Assembly (NCBI RefSeq): GCF_004010195.1
Contig: NC_057753.1
Span: forward strand, 14,514,191 to 14,569,826
Direction of reading: 5' to 3'
Source: Chiloscyllium plagiosum
Lineage: Eukaryota
DNA length: 55,636 bases
The translations under genes and the position numbers were made by a program. Under the pieces are notes generated by a model. It ran no database searches and was not told the DNA's origin. It saw nothing but the letters and a program-made list of their open reading frames with translations. Below are positions 26,501 through 39,072 of this stretch, one piece after another. Positions within the stretch are counted from its first letter, which is position 1. The number at the start of each line of letters is the position of its first letter.

Positions 26501-29500
26501 TGCAGAGGAGAAATGGGCCGAAGTGCACCAGATTGTGATGCCAGTAGCAGACAGATAAGAGGTGTTACGCGTAGGTTACGAGCTACCTGTAGGAGGTCAC
26601 CTTGGGGTTCGACAGATTCAGACTAAGGTACAAAAATATTTTTATTGACCTGGAATATGCAAGGATATGGTTAACTTTTGCCGTACGTGGTACACATGAC
26701 AACTGGTAGGTCAGCCACAGGCGGTAATAGTATCAGTACCTTTGTTGCCAATTGCCACATTTGTAGAACCTTTCAGAAGGGTTGTAATTGATTGTGTAGG
26801 TCCCCTCCTGAGAATGTAAATTGGGAACCAGTACTTGTCACCCATAATGGATACGTCCAACAGATGTCAGAGGCAATTCCATTACGGAGTATCAAGGGAA
26901 AAAGGGTGGTAGAGGAGTTAGTAGCTTTCTTCACACGGTATGGGATACCCAGAGAGATTCAGTCGGACCAAGCGTCATATTGCTCGGCTGTTTAGGGAGA
27001 TTATGCATAGCACACGTATAAAGCACATTAAAACCAGTGTGTATCATTCTGAATCCCAGGGAGCTTTAGAAAGGTGGCATCAAACCTTGAAGACCATGCT
27101 GAGAGCATACTATCAGGACAACCGAATGATTGGCATAAACGTATCCCAATCATATTATTTGCCATTAGAGATGCCCCAAATGAATCTACTCAACTCACTC
27201 CCTTTGCGTTAATATTCAGGCATGAAGTGAGAAACCCTTTCAAATTAATTAAAGTAAGATTCACAGGACCAAAGTCGGAGATCTCACACTTAGATTATGT
27301 ATCGGAGGTGAGGGAGAGATCATACAGAGTAGGTGAGTTAGCTAAACAGCACCTAAACAGAGCACAGCATAGAATGAAGCAGGTGGCAAGTAAAAGATCT
27401 GAGACTCGTGCAGGACATCATCCAACCGAGCCAGAACAAATAGAGTTCACTGATTGCCTTTGTTCCCAAATTGAATGGGACTCAATGATTCTGCGTGGAT
27501 TATCGGAAGGTCAAGGCTGTTACACAATCAGACTCATATCTAATTCCTAGTTTGGAGGACTGTATCAAGAAAGTCTGACAAGCCATTTACATCACCAAAC
27601 TGGAATTAATGCGTGGTTACTGGCAGGTACGTTTATCAGAGACAGCAAAAGACACTTCTGTCTTTGTAACCCCAAATGGGCGATATCAATTTAAAGTGAT
27701 GCCCTTTCAAATGACTCATCACGATAACTCATGAATAGAGTTGTGGTTGGGTTAATAAACTTTGCAGTCTATTTAGACGATGTAGTCATCTTTAGTAAGT
27801 CCTGGAAAGATCACATAGTACAGTCGCCAGAGCTCTTTGAATGACTCCGAGAAGCGAAACTAGTGATAAACTTAAATAAGACTGAATTCGCAAAAGCCGA
27901 GGTGACGTTCTTCTGACAGAACATCGGTCATGGAAGGTTTGACCCAACTGAACGCAAAAGTGAAGGCCGTCGAGGAATTTCCATGACCAACCATGAAGAA
28001 TGAGATGCTTCGATTCTTAGAATTCTATCGGAAGTTTGTTCCAAACTATAGCACTGTAGTGGCACCGTTATAGATTTGCTGAAGAAGAGCACAAAGTTTC
28101 GGTGGACAGAACAATGCCAGGAGGCATTCGACCGTTTGAAAGCAATATTAGCCACCAAACCAGTTTTAGGCCACACTAAACGTTTCAAAATCTTTCAAAG
28201 TCGCCATCGATGCTCATGGCATAGGAGTTGGATCTGTACTGCTATGGGAAGATGAGGATGGGATTGAACTGCCAGTTGGTTGCTTTCCGAAGAAGTTCGA
28301 GATCCACCACAGGAAATACTCCACAATCGAGAAGACAGTATTGAGTTTGGTACTGGCCTTACAACATTTTATTGTGTATGTCACGAACAATGTGACGGAG
28401 ATAGTTGTGTACACCAACTACAATTCGCTTAAATTCTTAGAACGCTTTAAAGACAAGAATATGAGACTATTTCGTTGGAGTCTGAGTCACAGACTTTTCA
28501 TTTAAAAATAAAAAAATCAATCTTAAGAATTTAATCACAAATGTGCTATTGCAGATTTAACTGATCGAGCATAGATGAGATTTGTACTTATTTAATGTTG
28601 TATATACACAGATATTTGATTAGATTAGATTACATTAAAGTGTGGAAACAGGCCCTTCGGCCCAACAAGTCCACACCGACCCACAACCCACCCATACCCC
28701 TATATTTACCCCTTTACCTAACACTACGAGCAACTTAGCGTGGCCAATTCACCCTGACCTGCACATCTTTGGACTGTGGGAGGAAACCGGAGCACCCGGA
28801 GGAAACCCCACGCAGACACGAAGGGGAGAACGTGCAAACTCCACACAGCCAGTCGCCTGAGGCGGGGGGAGGGGGAAGGGTGGAGGGGGGGAATAAGTTA
28901 AAATGAACTTATATTAAAGTTACCTGCACGTTAGGGTATTGTGTTTTAAAAAATGGGGGAAAAGCCATCTTTTCATTACGATGATTCTTTGCTTTTTCTT
29001 AGTGGGGGTGTTATGAAGCTGTGTATGTATTGTACCTTTAAGAGATTTTAAAGTAACAGATCTACCTGACAGCATCATGTGTTCTGAAAAAAAGATATAA
29101 TGGAACCTTTTGGCCCAGCAGTTACTATACCTGGTTGCCTGGAGACAAAAGCAGATTCAAATTAGGTCAATCAGTTTAAATTATTTTAAAAACAAACAAA
29201 TTCCAATCAAGTTTGAATTTAATATATTGACGATCTTAAAAGGCAATGACACAACCCAATGCTTTGCGGGTATAAAACAAGGCAAAATGTAATAGTTGGA
29301 AGGAGAACAGCCAAGCCAGCATGGAAAGACTGCCCGAAATAAATCACTCTTAAAGGTACCTTTATCGATCAGTAACCTGGGAAGCAGAATCCCACTGAAG
29401 ATGGGGAAAAAACTGGAATACAGAGAAGAACTGAAAGCTGCCTGGTTTTGAGAGAAGTTTTATTTTGTGAATCTGAATAGGGACTTTTATCGGACTAGTA

Positions 29501-29712
29501 TTGTAGAAGGGGAATGGAAAGAAAAGTTGGAGGAAGGAGTTGTAAATAGTTGTTAGTTAATTTTTCTCTGTTATACTTTAAGAAATAAAGTTGATCATTT
29601 TCCCTTTAAACAGTTCTTGATCTCTCGAATTTTCACAGATTACTGCACGGGATAAATATTTTCTGTGTTGCTGGTTTAAATTAAGCAGGAGAGGTTATCC
29701 CATGTTGCAAAA
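23552..29712 (+). mobile_element. Gmr1-like LTR retrotransposon C nested in the 3' LTR of B (LTRs 23552-24245, 29009-29712)
   Basis: Distinct LTR subtype with a degenerate tRNA-Pro PBS (TGGGCGGCTCGTCATCTGGATTTGAAC). The 349-aa ORF 25150-26199 has a SCAN-like capsid region, a CFHCGK knuckle and ILRNTGS protease. Integrase (IQSDQ, SQGALERWHQTLK) precedes RT. Internal deletion near 27410. TSD ATAG/AGAG. Confidence 0.9.
28615..28865 (-). mobile_element. 5'-truncated HE1/V-SINE-type SINE
   Basis: Highly similar to 14418-14650. Confidence 0.8.
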
Positions 29713-29897
29713 AGAGAAAGATGCAAAGGCAAGATTCGACAGCTGACCGGTTTTAAAAGTTGCATTTTTTTTTTGTAAATCATAATCAGGATTTTTTTTC
29801 TCTCTCGGGCCAGCATTGTAGAGTGGGAGGTAAAAGATAAGTTTCCGAGAAAGGAGTTGGAAATAGTTGTTGGTTTTAATATTTTGTGTTGGACTCA

Positions 29898-30380
29898 ATC
29901 TGTGAGTGTGTGCGTGTGTATATCTCAGTGTATATGTGCGTGCATGTCTCTGTGTATCCAAGTCTATGTGTTTGTGTGTATATCTGTCTGTGTGTATGTT
30001 CACCTCTGCGTGTATCACAGTCTTTGTGTTGTGTCTGTGTGTGAATCTCTGTGTATGTATATCTCAGTCTGTTAATGTGTCACAGTATGTGTATGTCTCT
30101 CTGTGTGTTTGTAACTATGTGTGTGAGCACGACTCTGTTTATCTATGTCTCTGTGTTGGTATCTCTTTTTGTATTGTTATATTTTGTGTATCTATATCGC
30201 TCTGTTTGTATCTAACACACACGCTCACAACTGAGACACACATAAAACGAACTGAGAGGCATACACTCACACATACAAAGCCTGAGGTACACACACACAG
30301 ACTTAGATACAAACATACACGCACACACATACACACACAAAGACTGACATACCAAACTGAGACGGAGATATGTACAGACA
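29898..30380. repeat. Degenerate (TG)n then (CA)n low-complexity tract
   Basis: TG-rich to about 30210, then switches to CA-rich. Confidence 0.85.
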
Positions 30381-30925
30381 GACTTAGATAATGTCATGCA
30401 CGCACACACAGACTTAGATACAGGCATGCATGCACATACAGAATTAGACACAGGGATGCATGCACACAGAGTTAGAAACAGGCATGCACACATACACATA
30501 CAGACAGACTGAGGTACAGGCATGCATGCACATACAGACTTAAATATAGGCATGCATGCACATACAAATTTAGATACAGGCATGCATGCACATACTGACT
30601 TAGATACAGGCATGCACGCAGATATAGACTTAGATATAGGCATGCACGCACATACAGTCTTAGATACAGGCATGCATGCATATACAGAATTAGATGAAGG
30701 CATGTACGCTCATACCGACTTAGATATAGGCATGCACGCTCCTACAGACTTAGATACAGGCATGCACGCATATACAGAATTAGATGAAGGCATGTACACT
30801 CATACCGACTTAGATTTAGGTATGCACGCTCATACAGACTTAGATACAGGCATGCACGCACATACAGAATTAGATGAAGGCATATACACTCATACCGACT
30901 TAGACATAGGCATGCACACACACTC
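30380..30925. repeat. 30-bp minisatellite, about 18 copies
   Basis: Unit GACTTAGATACAGGCATGCACGCACATACA, with a recurring variant GAATTAGATGAAGGCATGTACACTCATACC. Confidence 0.92.
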
Positions 30926-31084
30926 ACAAATATAGATGATCAGAATTTCTCAGAGATGCCCACAGGCATAGATATACACACACAGCCTTAGTTACACAAA
31001 GATGTAGGTGCACACAGATATACGTACACGCATAGAGATATCCACACACAGACTTACACATACACATACTCCGTGTCCCATTCA

Positions 31085-31375
31085 TGTGTTACTGGCTGGG
31101 CCCAGGATTTATTGACCTGTTCTGAATAGCGCCCTTTGAGAAGGTGGTGGTAAGCTGCCTTCCTGAACCGCTTCTATCCAACTGTTGGAGGGTAGACCAA
31201 CAATGTCCCTTGGGGGGGGTGGGGGGGGGGGATCCAGGAAGGAACGGCCAATATATTTCCGAGTCGAGATGGTGAGGGGGATCTTGCAGGGGGTGGTGTT
31301 CCCGTGTATCTGCTGTCCCTTCTCCTTCTGGATGGAAGTGGTCGTGGGATTGGAAGGTGCTGTCTGAGGAACCAC
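31085..31375 (-). mobile_element. Old LINE 3' fragment
   Basis: Similar to 36230-36530 (GAGAAGGTGGTGGTAAGCTGCCTTC). Confidence 0.65.
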
Positions 31376-32221
31376 AGTAAATTAAGTCCGGACAGCTGAG
31401 AGAGAGAGAGAGCGAGAGAGAGAGAGAGAGAGAGTTACCAGTGACCTCAATAAGAGGAGGTGCACAGACACTTCCGCTGTCCTCACTCTCAGTGACCAAG
31501 GTAGATAATGCTAACAGGTGGTTGTCACTCTACCTAGTGTTTGGGTCTGCTATCACTGAGGGAGTTGGGGGCGGCGAGTTGGCGCGGGGGCCAGTCTGCT
31601 TCAGATAAGCAATGTCCACGAGAGTGAATAAATACTCGCACTTAGTCCCAGTGCACTAATGCCTTGCTCCGATGCTCCACATCCTGTCCTACACTTACTC
31701 ACGGCCACTCACAGACCAGCTACAGAAGGGCACTTCGAGGTAGATGTGACTCCATATCACACAGGGAGCTGCCTCTTCCTGAATGAACAGAACAGTGTTC
31801 TGCTCTCTCTGCCAGAGCAGAATCTGCGGCAGGAACTCTTCCCATCTGTCAGTCGTCACCTGTTCCCCACAAGGCGCTGGGAGACTCTGCCATGTCCATT
31901 ACTCAGTCTTAGTCCGAAAACAGGAGCTGAGATTGAAACGCAATTAGCACTCAGGAACCACACCACATCTACACTATATACTCTTCACTGTTCAACAGAG
32001 AGAAGGGGAGAAATAAAGAGAGGAGGGAGGGAGAGACAAGAGACAGAGAGGAAGAAAGACAGGGGGAGAGAAAGTGACAGAGCAAACAAAAGGCAGAAAG
32101 AGAAAGAAAGACACATAGTGTGTGTGAGAGAGAGAGAGAGAAAGAGAGGAAGCCAGCGAGAAAGAAAGAAAAATGGAGACAGTAACAGCGAGAATGCTTT
32201 GACACCTCACTGATCCCTAAC

Positions 32222-32850
32222 TTGTAGAGTTATAGTCTCACATAGAGCAGAAAAAGACCCTTCGGCCCAACTCGTCCAGGCTGACCAGTGTTCCAGATAT
32301 GGCCAATTTGCCTCTACCCCTTCCTATTCCTGTCCCCTCTCAGGTGCTTTTTGGATGTTGTAATTTTACCAGCCTCCACCACTTCCTCTGGCAGCTCATT
32401 CCATACGTGCACCACCCTTTGTGTGAAAATATTGCCTCTCAGGTCCCTTTCAAATCTTTCCCCTCTCACCTTGAACCTATGCCCTCGAGGTTTGGACTCC
32501 CTAACCCCAGGGAAAAAGACCTTGTCTATTTGTATGCCTCTCGTGATTTTATAAACCTCTATATGGTCACCTGTCAGTCCCGTACGCTCCAGGAAAGATT
32601 GTCCCAGTTAATACAGCTTCTCTCTTTCCTCAAACTGTCCAATCTGTAAACATTCTGGAATATTTTCTTTATATGTTTTTCACAAATTAATAACATCGTT
32701 CCTATAGTAGGGTGACACCCGAATTGCACGCAGTATTCCAAACGTTGCTTAACCAATGTTCTGTACGGTCATGGCATGACCTACCAACTCCTGGACTCAA
32801 AGCACTGACCAAAAAAGGCAAACATACCAAACGCCTTCTCAACCAACCTG
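32222..32850 (-). mobile_element. CR1 LINE 3' fragment
   Basis: Minus-strand LEYCVQF motif and CR1 3' end. Confidence 0.8.
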
Positions 32851-33029
32851 AAAATGTTCCTGATTATTGAAAACTTGTGCATTGTATTGTGGTTGTATGT
32901 AAGCGTGTGCGTTTGGAAGTCAAAATTTGTAAATTTCTGCGTGAATATTTGTGCAATTTAGCTACATCTTAATGAGCATTGAGATTTTATTGTTAAATTC
33001 AGTTTCCTCTTTGTGTGTCAGTGAAGTGC

Positions 33030-33715
33030 AACACCTTAAAACCAAACATTCGGAAAAAAACTCTTCTAATCCAGATTTCAGTCTCTGGTCTGACTTGTTT
33101 GGTTATGGCATCCACTAGAATCATAAAAATGGACTGTGGCATAACAGCTCTCACTGATACAGTCATGGGCAGGTATATCTTCAGCTGGCAGGTTGGCGAA
33201 AATGAGGTCAAATATGTTGTTTCCCGCTTAGTGGTTCCCTCACCACCTGGTGATGCAGATCCAGTCTAGCAGTGATGTCCTTGACCAGCTCAATTCAATA
33301 GTGCTCCTGCCGAGCCACTCTTGATGGTAGGCATCAAAATCGCCCACCCAGAATATATTGTGCTATCCCCTGCCTCCCTCAGTACTCCCTCCAACCGGAG
33401 GAGACGTGATTCGTCAGCTGAGGAAGAGCATTACGCGACAATCAGTAGGTTTCCTTGTCCATGAAGTGCGGAGTCAATGTTGTGGACCTGTCGGTGAGAC
33501 AGGTTGTATCTAGGGATGGTGATAGCGGTATCTGGGACATTGTTTTTTTTTCCCGGTATGATTCCATGAGTATAATTTTGTCAGGCTGTTGCTTGAGTGG
33601 TCTGTGAGAAAGTTCTCCCAATTTCAGTAGCAGGCCGCTGATGTTAGTGAAGAGGACTTTGCAGGATTAGCATTTCCTGAGCTCAGGTCGGTTGTGGTCT
33701 GTCTTGTTTCCATCC
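33030..33715 (-). mobile_element. Decayed LINE endonuclease-region fragment
   Basis: Minus strand reads LWVGDFDAYHQEWLG and LDLHHQVV, an APE-type endonuclease GDFN-like motif. Confidence 0.6.
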
Positions 33716-34409
33716 TTAAACTGAAACTTTGTTCACCCTTCCAACATCCTTCGTGGTAGGATGGGGAAAATTCACAGTACCAGAACCATTCCTAAACATA
33801 CATACACAAACACACACGGAAAATTCCTACCCGCGTTACCCAGAGCATTTGTTGCACAGTTAAAGGTTTGCCCACTTGTCTCTGAGTTTCCTGATGATCT
33901 GCTCCTCAATCTCTCTCGACACCCGTCCAGACACCCCAGACAGCTTGACCTTACCTCTTCTTGTTGCAGAGCTCTGACCAAATAGACTTGGTCCTGCCAC
34001 CTACTCTGCAAGGACATCCAACTTTTCCAAGACTTGCAAACCAAGTTCCTGATCAGTGCTGTCACTCCCACCTCCTGTTGGTGCCATCCCTCAACCTTTG
34101 TCACACACTTCCTATCAAGGACCCAGACCTCCTAACTTGGAAGGCTCATTTCCATTCTCCTCATTGTGCTGCATCCCATTATTTGTCCTGGTGCACACAG
34201 GGACCTGCTTAATTCCATTTCCCAGAAGATTCCAGCCATCTATAATGTTGACACCTACAAGCATGGGATGTCATTTTTTTCGTTCTGCCTCTTTACCCAC
34301 TGGAACCCTGATGAAAGAGTGAGGGGTTGGTCGGGGAAGCAGGAAGACGTGATATTTTTGATAGATAATTGGGATGAAAAGTCCATTAGTGCTTGAGTCA
34401 GTTGTCAGT

Positions 34410-35865
34410 TGGAGTTAGATGTCTTGGTGTAAAGACCATAATCTCTCCCTCAATGTTAGCAAACCGAAGGAGCTGGTCCACTTCAGGAAGTTGCGCAGAG
34501 GAAATTCCCCTGTAGTTACCAATGGTAGTGAGAGTTTCAATTTCCCAGGAGTAAATGTCACCAATATCTATTCCGGTCCATCCACTTCAATACTACAATC
34601 TAGAATGCGCACCAACACCGATATTTCATCATAAGGATCCTGGTGAGACCCCACCTGGAGTATTGTGTGCAGTTTTGGTCTCCAAATTTGAGGAAGGATA
34701 TTCTGGCTATTGAGGGAGTGCAGCGTAGGTTCACAAGGTCAGTTCCCAGAATGACGGGAACAATCATGTGTTGAAAGATTGGAGTGACAGGGCTTGCATA
34801 CAATTGAGTTCAGAAGGATGAGAGGAGATCTGATTGAGACGTATAAAATTATTAAAGGATTGGACACTCTGGAGGCAGGAAGCATGTTTCCGCTGAGGGG
34901 TGACTCCAGAACCAGAGGACACAGTTTAAAAATAAGGGGTAGGTCATTTAGAACAGAGTTGAGGAGAAACGTCTTCACCCAGAGAGTGGTGGGTGTGTGG
35001 AATGCTCTGCCCCAGAAGGCTGTGGAGGCCAAGTCTCTGCTTACAGTCAAGAAACAGATGGATAGAGGTCTTAAATATAGTGGAATCAACGGTTATGGGG
35101 AGAAGACAGGAACAGGATACTGATTGTGGATGATCAGCCATGATCATAATGAATGGTAGTGCTGGCTCAAAGGGTCGAATGGCCTACTCCTGCAACTATT
35201 GTCTATTGTCTATTGAAATTCGCCGTGTCCACAATATTACCTTATGCCTCTGTCTAAATCGTTTTTCTTTCTGTACATCCTTGCTTGCTATGATCCGCAA
35301 GTTGTGCTCATACACAAGGTTTTTCGCTGTATTTCGGTACTCTTGACAAGAAATCAAGCAATCGATTACTATGATCGTTTTTTTTTTAATGGTCGCACCA
35401 TAGAAAGCATTTTATCTGGATGCAGTGGTGTGGCATCTTCCCTGCACCACGACCACAGGAAGTGACGAAGAGTTGTGAATGCAGCTCAGCCCATCAGGAT
35501 ACCTGGCTTCCTCCCATTGATTGTATCTATACATCCCTCTGCCTCGGGAAAACAACCAGCATCATCAAAGACCCCTCCTACCCCGGTTACATTCTCTTCC
35601 AATCTCTTCCGCCCATCAGACCATACAAAAGTTAAGCACATGCACCAAATGATTCAAGAACAGCTTCTTCCCCGCTGTCGCTAGACTTCTGGATGGACCT
35701 CTCAAATTTTACATGTATTGTTGACCTCACTCTCTGTGCACCTTCTCTGCAGCGTAACATTGCTTTCCTCCCTCTGTTCTATATCCTCGTGCACTTTGTA
35801 TGGCATGATCTGTCTAAAATGTTCACTGTACCTGGCACACGTGACAATAACAAATCAAACCAAAG
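34410..35865 (+). mobile_element. Rex1-like LINE RT 3' fragment, interrupted by a younger CR1 3' end (about 34630-35215)
   Basis: WCKDHNLSLNVSKPKELV.FRK and TIESILSGC (Rex1-type RT). Nested [23 protein letters not shown] and (TCTATTG)n tail. Confidence 0.75.
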
Positions 35866-36194
35866 ACGGTCTGAGGAACTGCTAACCCTGTTTCACTCAC
35901 GTCCGGTTAAGCTGTTGTGAAATCTCTGCTCCCTAGCCACATCTATCACTAGATCTATTCTGTGGGGTGTTAGCCCACAGTGTTGGTGTTAACCAATACA
36001 GACATTATTGCATGTAAGGTTTACAAAAGTGCTTTAAACCGTGGGCAGTGGTTTCCTTGAATAATTCCTTCATCATTGATAATCCAGGGACGTTCATGTG
36101 CTGTGTTCAGATGTCAGCAAAGTACATGGGATATCAAACGTTGTCTAATTTAAACTGAAAAATGTTTACTTGACTGTAACCATAGTTTCAAACT

Positions 36195-37200
36195 TATTTT
36201 TTATATTTTGTTCACTTGTGGGATGTGGGCATCATTGCCTGGGCCCAATATTTCTTGCCCTGTCCCTAGTTGCGTCCGCCTTGAGAAGGTGGTGGTGAGT
36301 TGCCTTCTTGAACTGTTGCAGTCCATGTGCTTTAGGTCGACCCACGATGTCCCTGAGGGAGGGAATTTCAGGATTCTGACCCAGCCACACCGAAGGAACG
36401 GCTGATATATTTCCAAGTCAGGATGGGGAGTGATTCGGAAGGAACTTGATGGGGTGGTGTTCCCATGTATCTGCTCCCCCTTGTCCTTCTGTGGGAAGTG
36501 GCTGTGGGTTTGGAAAGTGTTGTCTGAGAATCTTTGGTGAATTTCTGCAGTGCATCTTGTAGATGGTAAACAATGCTGCTACTGAGCGTCGGTTGTGGAG
36601 GGATTGGGTGTTTGTTGATGTGGTGCCAATCAAGCGGAGGTTGCTTTGTCCTGGATAATGTCAAGCTTTTCGAGTGTTATTGGAGCTGCCCCCATTCAGA
36701 CAAGTGTGGAGTAATCCATCACACTCCTGACTTTTGCCCTGTCGAGGGTGGACAGGCTGTGGGGAATCGGGAGGTGAGTAACTAGCGGCGGTACTCCTAA
36801 CCTCTGACCTGCTCTTGCAGCCGTTGTGTTTTGTGGTGAGTCCGGTTGAGGTTCTGGTCAATAGTAACCCCCAGGATGTTGATAGTGGGAGCATTAAGTA
36901 ATGTGAACACCATTGAACGTCAAGGGGGCAATGGTCAGATTTTCTCAATGGCAAACCCCAGGATGTTGACAGTGGGAGTATTGAGTAATGGTAACGCCAT
37001 TGAACGTCAAGGGGGCGATGGTTAGATTCTATATCAATGGTAAGCCCCCAGGATGTTGATAGTGGGAGTATTGAGGAATCGTAACACCATTGGGGCGATG
37101 GTTAGATTCTATCTCAATGGTAACCCCCAGGATGTTGTTTACATGTATTCAGTGATGATAAAACCACTGAACATCAAGAGATGAAGATTAGATCCTCTCT
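36195..37200 (-). mobile_element. Old LINE RT 3' fragment ending in about 4 tandem copies of a 60-90 bp internal segment (36865-37200)
   Basis: Minus-strand RRSVAALFTIYKMHC. Repeated AACCCCAGGATGTTGATAGTGGGAGTATTGAG...GGTTAGATT. Confidence 0.7.
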
Positions 37201-37991
37201 TGTTGGAAGGAGTGATTACTGAGGGAGGGGATGTCATGCTTGTGTCAGGGACAGAGGGGGTAATGGCAATGAGTTTAATTTCATTTTATTGCCAGAGACA
37301 GCGAGCTCGTGTTTGAATCATCGAGTACAGAAGAGGACCTTCGGCCGATCGAGTCGATGCTGCCAAAGTTATATTAAATGCCCGCTGGTCCCACTGCATT
37401 CCCTTTGTTCCCTCACACCTTACTGGAGTAATCATCACTCCCTAACCCATACCTTGTGTTTATTTCAGAAGGAAAGGCTTACATTTGTGAAACACATCTT
37501 TTAACAGGGAAACTAAGAAAAGGTCTGGTGACGTGGGTCAAGACAGATTGCTTCATTCCTTCATTCTCAGCCTCAGGCAAGCAAAGATTTAAAAGAGAGA
37601 GAGAGAGGAAGGGAGAGAGAGGGAAGTTACAATTTATGACTTTCTTTCGATAACACAAGAACACAATTCCAAGATGTTTCTCGGAGATGGGGTGAGCAGA
37701 GCCCTTGCCCATCAACGTCCATATGGGATTCTCTCCACGCTGCCAGATCTTGAAGCAGTTAGGAATTATAGCTGTGTGGGAGAGTGAGGCAGGGTTGGAG
37801 GTGAGGTCCAGGTCAAGGCGAGTGAATTGGAATTTCAGCTGGACAAGGGCTCCTGACTCATTCACTCACTCATTGAGGGAACTTCCACCAATCCCCCAAG
37901 GAGTTGGTCTGGGAACAGCACAGATGTTCGTCTCGTCACCTTGAATCAGAGAGGGTGAGATCATCTGATCTGCATGCAGCAGTCAGTGTGC

Positions 37992-38077
37992 AGTTTTTGT
38001 ACTGCTTTGTATCACTGTGGGGATATATACAGCTGGGACACAGTAATACAATCTGCTGCATCGCCCGTACAATAACC
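37992..38077 (+). CDS. TRDD: TCR D-delta segment (coding 38020-38038, GGGATATATACAGCTGGGA) with 5' 12-RSS and 3' 23-RSS
   Basis: AGTTTTTGT, 12 nt, CACTGTG, D, CACAGTA, 23 nt, ACAATAACC. Open in all three frames (GIYTAG, GYIQLG, DIYSW). Confidence 0.95.
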
Positions 38078-38352
38078 TCTCCAACCTCAGAAGCCCCTCT
38101 AAATCCTTTCTAATAACCCTTCTGGCTTACCCAAAGCTTTTGCCTTACACCCTTCCAAACCCCCATCCCTTCCCCTTTTCCATTCTGTGAGTTTTCCCCA
38201 CTTTGAGTCTGTATTGATTCCGGCTGCTGGATTTACATGAAGACATGTCCAGTTGCTTTCTCTCTCTCTTTCGTCCGTACCGACCCTAGAGAAGGGATCC
38301 TGAGTAGATAAGGGGACAGCGAGTGGATTTTGTCCAGGGATTGACCTGCGTG

Positions 38353-38415
38353 TGTCATATGGAGATACCGAGAAGCTCCTATTCGGGAATGGGACCAGGC
38401 TAATCGTGAGACCCA
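38353..38415 (+). CDS. TRDJ: J-delta 1: SYGDTEKLLFGNGTRLIVRP
   Basis: GGATTTTGT-12-CTGCGTG (weak heptamer), FGXG motif, GTGAGT donor. Confidence 0.9.
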
Positions 38416-38855
38416 GTGAGTACGTTGTTCTGAACGAGGCTTTACATTAAGTCTGTTTTATTTTCTCTGTCTCTCTCTCTCTCTCTCTCCATGTGCACAG
38501 AAGCTGCCAAAACTCTTTACTTTCTGTAACAATTTCTCCTTGGCATGCGCGAGCTTGGTTAAGGATCTGACTGCTATCTCTCAAATCTTGCATTTGTTTC
38601 CACCGCAGAACAGGGGGAGTGAGAGGGGATTTGCCATGTTTCATTGGGAATCCGAACTGGAACAATCCAGACAGCTCTGTAGTTTGCCGAGGATCCCGAG
38701 TTGGAGACCCCCTGAAAGAGCTGGGAAGGTCGTGCACTTTCTCAGGGGTTCCAAGCATCTTCTTTTTTGCTTGATGCATATATATATTGAAAGAACTAGT
38801 CACGAAATGCCCCCTTGGCCCGCCTTGGGTTTTCCAATCAGTGCCAAAACAAGTG

Positions 38856-38905
38856 GGTGACCACCTATGAACATTTGGAACCTTAAGAACTGATGTCTGA
38901 CCCAA
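38856..38905 (+). pseudogene. Possible decayed J relic
   Basis: GGTTTTCCA-12-ACAAGTG, then ACA TTT GGA ACC ... GAA CTG ATG TCT GAC CCA A followed by GCAAG instead of GTAAG. Contains a stop and a frameshift. Confidence 0.4.
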
Positions 38906-39011
38906 GCAAGCTATAGACTTGGGTGGTGGGGACATGGTGAACTGCCTCTGTGTCACTGGCTTAATTGGCATGCGCCCTGTTTGAGTTTTGACGTGGAGAA
39001 TTATCATTGTG

Positions 39012-39072
39012 TAAGATATTGCTTACAGACCACTAATATTCGGAGCAGGAACCAAATTGACTGTGGAGCCAA
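39012..39072 (+). CDS. TRDJ: J-delta 2: (stop)DIAYRPLIFGAGTKLTVEP
   Basis: AGTTTTGAC-12-CATTGTG, FGXG, GTAAGT donor. Confidence 0.92.

Noticed and set aside
30522-30935. Repetitive 137-aa ORF (MHAHTDLDTG)n and CRISPR-like periodicity
   Set aside because: Translation artefact of a 30-bp minisatellite. There are no unique spacers and the context is eukaryotic.
33728-33812. D-like GTAGGATGGGGAAAATT followed by CACAGTA and ACACAAACA
   Set aside because: The spacer is 24 nt into CA-rich sequence, and the 5' RSS is not credible.
35958-36015. D-like TTCTGTG-GGGTGTTAGCC-CACAGTG
   Set aside because: No nonamer at 12 or 23 nt on either side, so it cannot be supported as a second D. Worth checking against CDR3 data.
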